Shown piece by piece: positions 19,096 to 28,399 of a stretch of DNA of 64,000 nt (its first letter is position 1; each line of letters starts with the position of its first letter). Source of the DNA: a virus; the IMG/VR virus record IMGVR_UViG_3300008448_011250, positions 22,600-86,599 of that record. The stretch is one strand, 5' to 3'. The translations under genes were made by a program, and so were the position numbers. The notes beneath the pieces are model-generated. The model ran no database searches and had not been told where the DNA came from. It saw only the letters and a list, made by a program, of their open reading frames with translations.

Positions 19096-21611
19096 TGTTT
19101 CAAGGAATAGGTTACGACAAAAAAAATAACATCATGCACGTATGGGATGATGAATTAGGACACCAAAAGTTTTCTTTTCAACCATATGCATATTTGCCAG
19201 ATGATAATGGTGCACACGTTTCATTAGATGGAACGCGACTATCACAAGTCCCAGGCAATCACAAAGACAATAGAACTGCATATGAATCAGATCTAAACGA
19301 AGAAATGCGCACATTGATTGATTTATATTATGAATCAGATGAGCCGTCCAAAGGACATAGAGATTTCTTTTTTGATATTGAGTCAGAACGTGATGAAAAT
19401 GGTTATTCAACACCGCAAGATGCACGTTTGCGAATTACATCCATTGCATATTATGATAAAGCAGCAAATGACCGCAAAGTATTGGTATTAGATGAAGAAC
19501 ATCGAGTTACAACAAAAGGTTTTAAAGAAGCTGAATATGAAGTAGAGATATTTCGCACAGAAGCGGATATGTTGACTAGATTCATAAATATTTTTGCTGC
19601 AGCTAAACCTACCGTAATTACAGGTTGGAACATTGACAATTATGACGTTCCATATCTTGTTAATCGTATTAAAAAAGTATTAGGTGCACAAGCAGTTAAA
19701 AAGCTTTCTCCTGCAGGTATTGTAGATTGGAATAAGAATCGAGAAAGATACAAAATCTTTGGAGTATCTAGTTTAGATTACCTGACACTATATAAAAAGT
19801 TTACGTATACAGAATTACCAAATTATCGATTAGACACTGTAGCAAAAACAGAATTAGGTAAGGGTAAAGTTGAATATGAAGGAGACTTGAATCAATTGTT
19901 TGCAACTGATATTCGCAAATTTGTTGAATATAACATGGTTGACGTTAATTTGGTTTATGAGTTAGATGAAAAGACACAGTTATTGAATCTTGCTCGAACC
20001 ATATGTCATAAAGGCCATGTTCCATATGAAGATGTATATTATGCATCTAAATACCTGGATGGTGCTGCAATAGTTGATTTGAAACGCAATGGATTAGTTG
20101 CACCTAACAAACAATTCCGATTTGTTGAAGAAGAAACGGAAGCTGATGCATTAGCAGGAGCATATGTAAAAGATCCGATACCCGGCTTATACAAATGGAT
20201 ATATGACTTAGATTTAACGTCATTATATCCTAGCATCATCATGAGTTTAAATATTTCTCCAGAAACTAAAGTAGGAGTAATACAAAATTGGAATGAAGAA
20301 TGTTTATTGAAACCAGAAGCACAACAAGTCACATTTACCAATGGCACGTATGCTCAAAATGTTAAAACATGGCTACAAGACAATGCATATACCGTTGCAA
20401 GTAATGGTGCCGTTTATAGAACAGATATCCGGGGATTCTTACCAACGATTCTAGAAAAATGGTTTGATGAACGTGTTGAATATAAAGACAAACGCGATGA
20501 ATATGCAGTCGGAACGGAAGAATATAAGTTTTATGATGCATTGCAGTTAACACAAAAAGTATTGCTCAATTCATTTTATGGAGTATTAGGACTTAAGACA
20601 TTTCGATTCCACGATTTAGATAATGCAGGTGCTATCACAGCAACAGGTCAAAGTGTAATTAAGTTTTCCGCAAAAGTTATTAATAATCACTATGCAAAAG
20701 AAGTAGGACAAGACCATTTCATTAATGCAACCAATGGCAAAGCAGAATTTGCATTCTATACGGATACAGATTCAACCTTTGTTAGTTCATTGCCTTTAAT
20801 TGCAAAACGATTTCCTGGATTTGATGAAACAGATGAAAAGTTTATGATTGAACAAACCAATGCAATTGCATCAGAAGTTCAACGTCTTGTAAATCAAATG
20901 TATGACCGATATTCGGAAGTATTTCACAATACCAAAACGCATCGATTCCAAATTAAACAAGAATATGTTGCAAAATCAGGTTTATGGATTGCTAAGAAGC
21001 GATATGCACAATGGGTTATATTCAAAGAGGGTAAACCTACGGATAAATTAGATATCAAAGGATTAGATGTTGTTAGATCTAGTTTCCCGGAAGATTTCAA
21101 AAAGATAATGAAAGAAACACTTTGGAATATTCTTAAGGAAAAGAATAAAACAGAAACAACCGATATGATTCACACGTTTAAATCTGGATTAAAGAATTCG
21201 CCAGTACTTAATGTGATGAAGAATTCCGGGGTAAAGGAAATATCAAAATATACCAAGAAAAGAAAACCATTTACAGGATATTTACTCGGAACACCAGCAC
21301 ACGTTAAGTCAGCAATTAATTTCAATGATTTGTTAACGTCTAATGACATTCGAGACATTGAACCTATAACAGATGGCGAAAAGGTTAAATGGGCATACTT
21401 ATCAGATAATCCTTTTGGTTTTGACACAATGGCACTTCGAGGTTACCAAGATCCAAAAGTTATCGTGGACTTTGTAGAGCAATACATAGATCGCAATAAA
21501 ATCTTTGAAAAGGAATTGAAAAATAAACTGGATGATTTCTATGCAGCAATGAATTGGGGTGCATTCCCGGAAAATAATTCAGTTGCCAAGTTCTTTTCAT
21601 TTGGAAAATAA
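19095..21611 (+). CDS. Family B DNA polymerase
   Basis: Exo FDIE, GWNIDNYD, YNMVD; Pol DLTSLYPS, KVLLNSFYG, YTDTDS, KKRY. Confidence 0.96.
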   Translation: MFQGIGYDKKNNIMHVWDDELGHQKFSFQPYAYLPDDNGAHVSLDGTRLSQVPGNHKDNRTAYESDLNEEMRTLIDLYYESDEPSKGHRDFFFDIESERDENGYSTPQDARLRITSIAYYDKAANDRKVLVLDEEHRVTTKGFKEAEYEVEIFRTEADMLTRFINIFAAAKPTVITGWNIDNYDVPYLVNRIKKVLGAQAVKKLSPAGIVDWNKNRERYKIFGVSSLDYLTLYKKFTYTELPNYRLDTVAKTELGKGKVEYEGDLNQLFATDIRKFVEYNMVDVNLVYELDEKTQLLNLARTICHKGHVPYEDVYYASKYLDGAAIVDLKRNGLVAPNKQFRFVEEETEADALAGAYVKDPIPGLYKWIYDLDLTSLYPSIIMSLNISPETKVGVIQNWNEECLLKPEAQQVTFTNGTYAQNVKTWLQDNAYTVASNGAVYRTDIRGFLPTILEKWFDERVEYKDKRDEYAVGTEEYKFYDALQLTQKVLLNSFYGVLGLKTFRFHDLDNAGAITATGQSVIKFSAKVINNHYAKEVGQDHFINATNGKAEFAFYTDTDSTFVSSLPLIAKRFPGFDETDEKFMIEQTNAIASEVQRLVNQMYDRYSEVFHNTKTHRFQIKQEYVAKSGLWIAKKRYAQWVIFKEGKPTDKLDIKGLDVVRSSFPEDFKKIMKETLWNILKEKNKTETTDMIHTFKSGLKNSPVLNVMKNSGVKEISKYTKKRKPFTGYLLGTPAHVKSAINFNDLLTSNDIRDIEPITDGEKVKWAYLSDNPFGFDTMALRGYQDPKVIVDFVEQYIDRNKIFEKELKNKLDDFYAAMNWGAFPENNSVAKFFSFGK

Positions 21612-21629
21612 GAATTAATTCATTATATT
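21601..21629 (+). promoter_or_regulatory. Class I promoter (leaderless) heading the modification/clamp operon
   Basis: TTGGAA-17 nt-TATATT; ATG 5 nt downstream. Confidence 0.65.
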
Positions 21630-21634
21630 ATAGT

Positions 21635-22087
21635 ATGATTGGTTATAAAAGTATATGGTATGGTAAAGAAGTTGAAGGACGCTTTACGGATATCGAAACA
21701 TGTTTCATTGCAGACTTTACGCCATTAGTTTATGGTACGCAACGAATGAAACCTATGCCGCACATTTATATTTGTTCTCCGGCTACTGAACAATTGGTTA
21801 ATGACAGCAAAAGCAAAGATTTCAATTGGCAGAATGTTTTTAACATGATATCAGACACGCAATTTGTTTCAATTGAAGCAACACCTGGTATGTTAGAACA
21901 TATTCCTCCGATGATTAGAATTCGAGCGCATATCTTATTAATGTTAGATTGCAAAGATGCTGGATTGTTAAAGCAAACGGATAGTATCAAAGTAGTTTAT
22001 GGAGATTATAAATTGTATTGCACAACCGTTCATAATATGCAATCAGTAAACCCAGATGATTATAAATTCGACCGCCATGAAGTATAG
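21635..22087 (+). CDS. Hypothetical protein, first gene of the modification operon
   Basis: 150 aa; WYGKEVEGRF...DDYKFD. Confidence 0.6.
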   Translation: MIGYKSIWYGKEVEGRFTDIETCFIADFTPLVYGTQRMKPMPHIYICSPATEQLVNDSKSKDFNWQNVFNMISDTQFVSIEATPGMLEHIPPMIRIRAHILLMLDCKDAGLLKQTDSIKVVYGDYKLYCTTVHNMQSVNPDDYKFDRHEV

Positions 22088-22418
22088 TGTAGTAGTAACA
22101 TTTAGCATCGAAGGATTTCATAATTGGCCTGATGCTAAAGATGTTTTTCCAGAAGTAGCATTCTTATCAGATAGACATCGTCATATGTTTGGATTTCGTT
22201 GTTATGCACACGTAACACACACTGATAGAGATGAAGAATTTATTCTAATGCAACGAAGATTGAAACAACAGTTGCGAACTAACTTCGGTGGTAACATATT
22301 AGAGTTTGGTTCAATGTCGTGTGAGATGATTGGAGAATGGATATTAGAAAACAATAAAAATCTTTACAAAGTAGAAGTTTGGGAAGATTGGGAAAATGGT
22401 GCAATCATTGAAAGATAG
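22077..22418 (+). CDS. Second QueD-like T-fold protein
   Basis: EGFHNW, HRH, EEF, SCEMI, VEVWEDWENGA: His triad and T-fold Glu motifs, but no QueD CxxLHGH. Start moved to MKYSVV. Confidence 0.6.
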   Translation: MKYSVVVTFSIEGFHNWPDAKDVFPEVAFLSDRHRHMFGFRCYAHVTHTDRDEEFILMQRRLKQQLRTNFGGNILEFGSMSCEMIGEWILENNKNLYKVEVWEDWENGAIIER

Positions 22419-22419
22419 T

Positions 22420-23454
22420 ATGAAAATATTTTTAGTAGATTTAGAATCTGTTCCAACTCGTTATACTTGTGAATGGAAATGGCACGTGCCGCAATTGCTT
22501 AGAGATAATGGCTTCGATGTAGAAGTTATCGAAGGTGACTTAGATATTCCAGAAGCAGTAACACCAGGTGCCTTTTTGAATTTCGGTGGCACTAATATGT
22601 ATAAGGCTACACAAACACATCGTTTAGCAGAATTATTTACACGAGGTGATATTAAAGCAGGAGATCATATCATATTCACTGATGCTTGGCATCCAGGTAT
22701 TATCAATGTTAAGTACATGAGTGAACTCCTAAATATTCCTGTTGTAACGCACGGACTTTGGCACGCGGGTTCATATGACCCAAATGACTTTTTAGGTCGT
22801 CTCGTTGGAGATAAACCATGGATTCGTCACGCTGAACAAGCCTTTATTGGAGCATTTGACCATAATTGGTTAGCAACTGCAGCACATTTTAATTTAATGT
22901 GTAAAACATATGACATATTTCATAATCCAACTTTTGATAGAACGGGTTGGCCTATGGAATATACAAAAACGATGATTGCTCCTAAAATGTGGGCAAAGAA
23001 AGAAAATATCATTGTATTTCCGCATCGCATTGCACCAGAAAAGCGTTTAGATTTATTTCAGCGCTTAGCAAAGCATCCGGATTTGAAACATTATCAATTT
23101 TGCGTTGCAATGGAAATGAATTTAAGCAAAACAGAATATCATGAATTGCTTCAACGTGCAAGATTTGCAGTGTCGTTTGCAGATCAAGAAACTTTAGGCA
23201 TTTCTATGTATGAATCAGCTTGTGCTGGAGCTTGTCCTATAGTTCCAAATCGTTTATCATATACGGAAATGTATGATCCGATGTTTAAACGTGCTGATTC
23301 GGTAGCAGAGGCAGCAAAAGCAATACTAGAATATGAACAGCAAGAAATGTCCGAAGCAATTGGGCAATTAGTTGCAAAATTACATAATAACTTTTTTTCA
23401 GCAAAACAATTAATCAATTATTTAAAAGGATACGAAAAAGATGAGCGAAAATAA
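22420..23454 (+). CDS. GT-B (family 4-like) glycosyltransferase
   Basis: VFPHRIAPEKR and QETLGISMYESACAGACPIVP (ExxGxxxxE); WHAG. Confidence 0.8.
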   Translation: MKIFLVDLESVPTRYTCEWKWHVPQLLRDNGFDVEVIEGDLDIPEAVTPGAFLNFGGTNMYKATQTHRLAELFTRGDIKAGDHIIFTDAWHPGIINVKYMSELLNIPVVTHGLWHAGSYDPNDFLGRLVGDKPWIRHAEQAFIGAFDHNWLATAAHFNLMCKTYDIFHNPTFDRTGWPMEYTKTMIAPKMWAKKENIIVFPHRIAPEKRLDLFQRLAKHPDLKHYQFCVAMEMNLSKTEYHELLQRARFAVSFADQETLGISMYESACAGACPIVPNRLSYTEMYDPMFKRADSVAEAAKAILEYEQQEMSEAIGQLVAKLHNNFFSAKQLINYLKGYEKDERK

Positions 23455-24700
23455 AAGATTCATATACTTTCCATCATTGTCCGCAGGTTCCATGGTATCT
23501 GCTTTCAAAAAGGATATGAAATTTGAAGATGGTAACCCTGTCAAATTTTTTGATTCGAGATATCCGGCAGATTGGAGACATCCATATTTCCTAGTCACTG
23601 CAGGACATCATTACAAAAAAATAGACTTTAGAAAGCAAATGGGCTTAGAAGATGATGTATTAGTATTTGGAGATTCAGGAGGTTATCAGATTGCAACTGG
23701 AGCTTTGCCATATAGCAATGAATTACGTGAAAAGATATTTCATTGGTTAGAAGCAAATAGTGATGTTGCAGCAAATTTAGATATTCCACCTAAGACAAAG
23801 TATAAGAATCAATTTGCTCTATGTGCTGATATTAGTTTTGATAACTTTGCTTGGTTTGAAAAACATCAATCAGGTAAGACAAAATTCTTGAACATGTTGC
23901 AAGGATCAAATTCCGAAGAGTATACATGGTGGTATCACAAATTTAAGCATTTTGATTTCCAAGGTTGGGCAATCGGAGGTCCGCAGAAGTTAGTAGACTT
24001 TATGTTTGCGGTTTCATTGATGCTTAAGAATAGAGAGTTTGAAAATAAACGATTAGAATATGTCCATTTATTAGGTATTTCTAAAATATCAGATTTCTTC
24101 ATATTAGCAACCTTGCAAAAGTTAATGAATCAACATACAGGTAATAGAATTTATATTACAACGGATTCATCTTCTCCAGGTCAATATCCGGTATTCGGAA
24201 CATACCTGCATTCAACGAATTACAAGTCACAATCATTTTCTGAATTGTATTTTCCTAAGAATGCAGAATACCGCAGAAAGACACATATTAAACAAGGTAA
24301 GACGGGTGAAGTTCCAATTGATTTAACTCAACACGTTCCTTGTTCATTAGGTTGTCCGGCTTGTAAAGATTTTACCTATGATTTGCTAGGAGGTAAGACT
24401 CCAGAAGGATTAGATAGATATTCTCAAGAAGCTATGCCTAGAATGGTTGTTCACAATACGCATTTGTATGTACAAGCAGCAAATGAAATAAATCAATTAG
24501 TTGATAGTCACGTTGAATTGCTAGAAACGTTGATACCAAGAGACTTATATGATGTAATCCTTTCATTACACGAAATGTTTGCAGATCCAGATGGCGCACC
24601 GCAAGTATATGAAAAATACATCAAAACATATAAAAAATTCGGCGGAAGTAGTATTTCCACAACCGATGCAGAAAACTTTAATAAATTCTTTAAATTTTAA
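23441..24700 (+). CDS. dpdA: DpdA-like guanine transglycosylase (TGT fold)
   Basis: GDSGGYQ, LDIPP, LQG, AIGG, VHLLG, TDSSS, CSLGCPAC...HN zinc site; linked to folE/queD/queE. Confidence 0.8.
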   Translation: MSENKRFIYFPSLSAGSMVSAFKKDMKFEDGNPVKFFDSRYPADWRHPYFLVTAGHHYKKIDFRKQMGLEDDVLVFGDSGGYQIATGALPYSNELREKIFHWLEANSDVAANLDIPPKTKYKNQFALCADISFDNFAWFEKHQSGKTKFLNMLQGSNSEEYTWWYHKFKHFDFQGWAIGGPQKLVDFMFAVSLMLKNREFENKRLEYVHLLGISKISDFFILATLQKLMNQHTGNRIYITTDSSSPGQYPVFGTYLHSTNYKSQSFSELYFPKNAEYRRKTHIKQGKTGEVPIDLTQHVPCSLGCPACKDFTYDLLGGKTPEGLDRYSQEAMPRMVVHNTHLYVQAANEINQLVDSHVELLETLIPRDLYDVILSLHEMFADPDGAPQVYEKYIKTYKKFGGSSISTTDAENFNKFFKF

Positions 24701-24712
24701 TCAGGATAAACA

Positions 24713-25423
24713 ATGGAAAAAAGCAAGTTACAATCATTTATTAATCGTTATTATTTAGCAGGAAATTGCGAAGCGGTTAAATTGAATCAAAACGAAGAAG
24801 GTGTTGGTTGTGAATTGATCGATATGGATCAAACAATTGTAGGTAAAATACAATGGAAAACAACACCATTCATGAAAGGCGAATTAGGTATCAATCATAC
24901 CGGTGCCTTAAACAAAATGCTCGGAGCATTGGGTGAAAATATCAATATCAATGTAAAAGATGCAGCAGGTAAGAATTATGCAATGGAAATTGCTGAAGGT
25001 AGCACTAAGGCAACATTTATGTTGGCAGACACGACAGTTATTCCAGCAGTTCCTTCAATCAATGCAGAACCTGATTATGTTATTGAAATTCCTGTCAATG
25101 AAGAATTTATTAGCAAGTTCATTAAAGCCAAGAATGCATTACCTGATGCCAAAAACTTTGCAGTGCAAGTAAAAGATGGTGTTATTAAATTTATTATCAA
25201 TTACACAACAGTTAATGCAGATAACATTACATTCGAGGTAGGAAATACAACTGCTGCCGATATGGATCCGGTTTGTTTCTCTGCGGATAAATTGAAAGAA
25301 GTACTTGTAGCAAATCGTGGAGACTCTGGTCAATTGAAAGTATCTCCAGATGGATTATCTAGAATTAATTTTACGGGTTCTGATTTTGAATCAACTTATT
25401 GGTTAGTAATGTTACAAAACTAA
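24713..25423 (+). CDS. DNA sliding clamp (gp45/PCNA-like)
   Basis: 236 aa, two-domain alpha/beta pattern ending STYWLV; adjacent to clamp-loader genes. Confidence 0.7.
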   Translation: MEKSKLQSFINRYYLAGNCEAVKLNQNEEGVGCELIDMDQTIVGKIQWKTTPFMKGELGINHTGALNKMLGALGENININVKDAAGKNYAMEIAEGSTKATFMLADTTVIPAVPSINAEPDYVIEIPVNEEFISKFIKAKNALPDAKNFAVQVKDGVIKFIINYTTVNADNITFEVGNTTAADMDPVCFSADKLKEVLVANRGDSGQLKVSPDGLSRINFTGSDFESTYWLVMLQN

Positions 25424-25431
25424 GGAGTCGA

Positions 25432-25860
25432 ATGCAAGTAAAAATAAAACGACTACATAAAGATGCAACGATCCCGGCATATTCAAAGCCGGGAGATGCA
25501 GGAATGGATTTAACGGCAACATCTGCAAGGAAAGATGATTATGGTAATGTTGTTTATGGAACAGGCCTGGCAATTGAAATACCGGAAGGTCACGTTGGAT
25601 TGATTTTTCCTAGATCATCAAATAGCAAAACAGATCTATATCTAACAAATCATGTAGGTGTTATTGATTCTGGGTATCGAGGAGAAATTATGTTTAAGTT
25701 TCGCCCAATTGATGGATTACTTAATGCTAAAGTATATCAAATTGGTGATAGAATAGGACAATTAATGATATTACCATATCCTGCTGTTGAATTAATAGAG
25801 GCAGCAGAATTATCTTCATCAGAACGTGGAGATGGCGGATTTGGATCAACGGGTAAATAA
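25432..25860 (+). CDS. dut: Trimeric dUTPase
   Basis: AGMDL, GTG, PRSS, GVIDSGYRGE, RIGQL, RGDGGFGSTG; AAGGAG RBS. Confidence 0.95.
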   Translation: MQVKIKRLHKDATIPAYSKPGDAGMDLTATSARKDDYGNVVYGTGLAIEIPEGHVGLIFPRSSNSKTDLYLTNHVGVIDSGYRGEIMFKFRPIDGLLNAKVYQIGDRIGQLMILPYPAVELIEAAELSSSERGDGGFGSTGK

Positions 25861-25865
25861 AAAAT

Positions 25866-26792
25866 ATGTTTGGACAACAAGAAAATACACTTTGGGTTGA
25901 ATCATTTCGACCTGACACATTAGAAGGATATATAGGCAATGAGCATATTATCGAGAAAGTTAAAATTTTTATTGATAATGGCGATGTTCCGCATCTCTTA
26001 TTTTATGGATCGGCTGGAACAGGCAAAACGACGTTGGCGAAAATAATTGCCGGATCGGTAGATGCAGATTTAATGTATATTAATGCATCAGATGAAAACT
26101 CAGTAGATGCGGTTAGAGATAAGATTAAGCGTTATGCATCAACAGTAGGATTTCGCAGATGGAAAATTATCATCTTAGATGAGGCAGATTATTTAACACC
26201 TAATGCTCAAGCTGCTCTTCGTAACTTAATGGAGACATATAGCAAAACAACACGCTTTATTTTAACATGTAACTATGTTGAAAAGATTATTGATCCGATT
26301 CAATCACGTTGTCAGACATTTGCTATTACACCACCAAATAAAAAAGAAGTAGCACAACGTTTAGTTACAGTACTTGATGAAAAAGGCGTAAGCTATGACA
26401 TCAAAGATATTGCTGCAATTATCAATGCATCATATCCAGATATTCGTCGAGCAATCAATGCAGCACAAGCATCAGTAGTTAATGGCAAATTGCAATTGGA
26501 TAAAGCTTCTGCAATTCAAGCTAATTATATGACTGAAATACTTGAAATGCTCAAAAATGCAAAAGACAAAAAAGCAACATTCACAAAAATTCGTCAATGT
26601 ATTGCAGATAGCAAAGTTAGAGACTTTACTCCTTTGTATACATTTTTATATGACAATTTAGATGAATTTGCACATGGACATATTGCACCTTGCATTTTGA
26701 TTATAGCAGAATCGCAATTTAAAGATGCTAGTGTAGTAGATAAAGAAATTAACATAATGGCAATGTTTGTCAATTTATTAGGAGAAATATGA
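25866..26792 (+). CDS. Clamp loader AAA+ subunit (RFC-small/gp44-like)
   Basis: WVESFRP, GSAGTGKTT, INASD, LDEAD, QAALR, SRC. Confidence 0.93.
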   Translation: MFGQQENTLWVESFRPDTLEGYIGNEHIIEKVKIFIDNGDVPHLLFYGSAGTGKTTLAKIIAGSVDADLMYINASDENSVDAVRDKIKRYASTVGFRRWKIIILDEADYLTPNAQAALRNLMETYSKTTRFILTCNYVEKIIDPIQSRCQTFAITPPNKKEVAQRLVTVLDEKGVSYDIKDIAAIINASYPDIRRAINAAQASVVNGKLQLDKASAIQANYMTEILEMLKNAKDKKATFTKIRQCIADSKVRDFTPLYTFLYDNLDEFAHGHIAPCILIIAESQFKDASVVDKEINIMAMFVNLLGEI

Positions 26793-27013
26793 GTAAATTA
26801 ACCGCACCAGGAATTAAGCCAACAGATATGCAACCAATTATCTGTAAAGAATGTGACGGAATGTATTTTCGTCAAGTAATGGCAATTAACAAAGTATCAA
26901 AACTATTAACGGGTTCTGATAAAGACACAATGGTTCCAATACCAGTATTTAGATGTGATGATTGCGGAGCTATTCCAGAAGAGTTTCAACCAATTAAAAC
27001 GAAACTTAAATAA
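26789..27013 (+). CDS. Zn-ribbon protein
   Basis: CKECDG...CDDCG. Confidence 0.65.
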   Translation: MSKLTAPGIKPTDMQPIICKECDGMYFRQVMAINKVSKLLTGSDKDTMVPIPVFRCDDCGAIPEEFQPIKTKLK

Positions 27014-27228
27014 TGTCAGTACAATATCACAAAAGCACGGTTAGCATTGTATTTAAAACATCGAATAGAAGCAATGCTAAAACTAAAATGAAAACATTTC
27101 GCAATAAAACAATAGATGACATTTTAGATGCAAAACGTATTATCGGAGTTCCAGATAATGCGGTGATAATTGAATTAGGAATAGGTAAACAATTGGAACA
27201 ACAATATCGTAACAAATATAAACTATAA
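27013..27228 (+). CDS. Hypothetical protein
   Basis: 71 aa, basic; TAATG coupling. Confidence 0.55.
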   Translation: MSVQYHKSTVSIVFKTSNRSNAKTKMKTFRNKTIDDILDAKRIIGVPDNAVIIELGIGKQLEQQYRNKYKL

Positions 27229-27231
27229 TAA

Positions 27232-27681
27232 ATGGCAGAAGAAAAAAAGGGTGCAACAATTTTTGATTTCATTAATGGCGTAACTGACAAGAAAAAAGAA
27301 TGGTCTAAATGGTCTGAAACGGATCAAAAGAAATTTACTCCATTTATTGTTAATCGTTGGTTGTCAATGCGTATGGAATTAACAGAAATTGTTAATGAGT
27401 TTCAAACCTATACAATTGGCTTATTGCGTCCACAAGAAACGTATAGATTATACTATGAATTTCTTCCTGCAACTAAAGGATTTGCAAAATACATAAAAGG
27501 CAAATCAGAAGATAAGTATGAAAAGGATTTAGTTGCACAAATTGCCGAACATTATCAAGTATCCAAATCAGAAGCTACTGACTATATCGATTTAATGGAT
27601 AAGACTCAATGTGATAGAATTTTATCAATGTATGGTTATAGTGAAGGAGAAAAAAAGAAATTATTGAAAGGAATAAAATGA
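27232..27681 (+). CDS. Clamp loader small subunit (gp62-like)
   Basis: FDFIN, PFIVNRWLS, HYQVSKSEATDY pattern; clamp-loader context. Confidence 0.7.
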   Translation: MAEEKKGATIFDFINGVTDKKKEWSKWSETDQKKFTPFIVNRWLSMRMELTEIVNEFQTYTIGLLRPQETYRLYYEFLPATKGFAKYIKGKSEDKYEKDLVAQIAEHYQVSKSEATDYIDLMDKTQCDRILSMYGYSEGEKKKLLKGIK

Positions 27682-27914
27682 CACAAACTGATGAAACTCG
27701 AATCATACCAGTACTGGATACAATTGTAGATTCAATTATAGATCGATTCATACAACGTTCCGTAATCGGAAAAGCAAAATATGGAACTGATATGGATCGC
27801 ACAGACCTTTCACTTAAAGAATGGTTACAACATAGCATTGAAGAAAAATTAGATGATATTCTTTATATGCAACGTGCATTAAAGGAGATAGAAAAGTTGG
27901 AATCTGATAAATAA
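27678..27914 (+). CDS. Small all-alpha protein, possible MazG-like NTP pyrophosphohydrolase
   Basis: GKAKYG...WLQHSIEEKLDDILY (EExxD acidic helix). Confidence 0.4.
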   Translation: MTQTDETRIIPVLDTIVDSIIDRFIQRSVIGKAKYGTDMDRTDLSLKEWLQHSIEEKLDDILYMQRALKEIEKLESDK

Positions 27915-27925
27915 TTTTTTTTCTG

Positions 27926-27934
27926 ATATTTATT
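27926..27934 (+). promoter_or_regulatory. Class II promoter
   Basis: ATATTTATT before the leader-bearing gene 27951. Confidence 0.6.
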
Positions 27935-27950
27935 TAAAAATAGGTAAAAT

Positions 27951-28385
27951 ATGAAAAAAAATACATTAGCAGAAAATATGCGTAGATTCGGCACTAAGAA
28001 TTTACATGAAACTAATTTCACTTTAACTGATCTGGAAAATAAATTAGGATTTGATTCAGGTGCTAACCGAGATCCAAAAACAGGCAATTTAAGAGATACT
28101 GATTCAAATAATAACGGATATCCAGATGATACCGAAGGATCTGCTAATAAGCAAATGATTTTATTTTCTGGTACTAATAAGTTCATGGATAGAGTTGCTA
28201 TTAATGTATTTAACAGATATGGCTTCGATAAAACTTCGATTAACCGATCATATGATCCAAACGAAGGTATTGTTGAATTTAAAGTAACTATTTCAGATGA
28301 AATTGCAGATAAAATTAGTGATGAATTAGAACGAGCAGATAGAGACCGCGGCGAATATGGTGGCTACATTGTAGTTGAACAATAA
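27951..28385 (+). CDS. Hypothetical protein with LAENMRRFGTKNLxE leader
   Basis: Leader shared with 7666..8292; has its own promoter and terminator. Confidence 0.55.
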   Translation: MKKNTLAENMRRFGTKNLHETNFTLTDLENKLGFDSGANRDPKTGNLRDTDSNNNGYPDDTEGSANKQMILFSGTNKFMDRVAINVFNRYGFDKTSINRSYDPNEGIVEFKVTISDEIADKISDELERADRDRGEYGGYIVVEQ

Positions 28386-28399
28386 AAAAATTAGTATAA

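Noticed and set aside
12881-21611. Inteins or introns in RNR or PolB
   Set aside because: Both ORFs are continuous and of normal length, with no intein-like insertion or splice motifs.
23441-24700. Canonical tRNA-guanine transglycosylase for queuosine
   Set aside because: Highly divergent from bacterial Tgt outside the catalytic motifs, embedded among replisome genes, no queA/queF/queG and no tRNA seen. A DNA-directed role is more plausible, though unproven.
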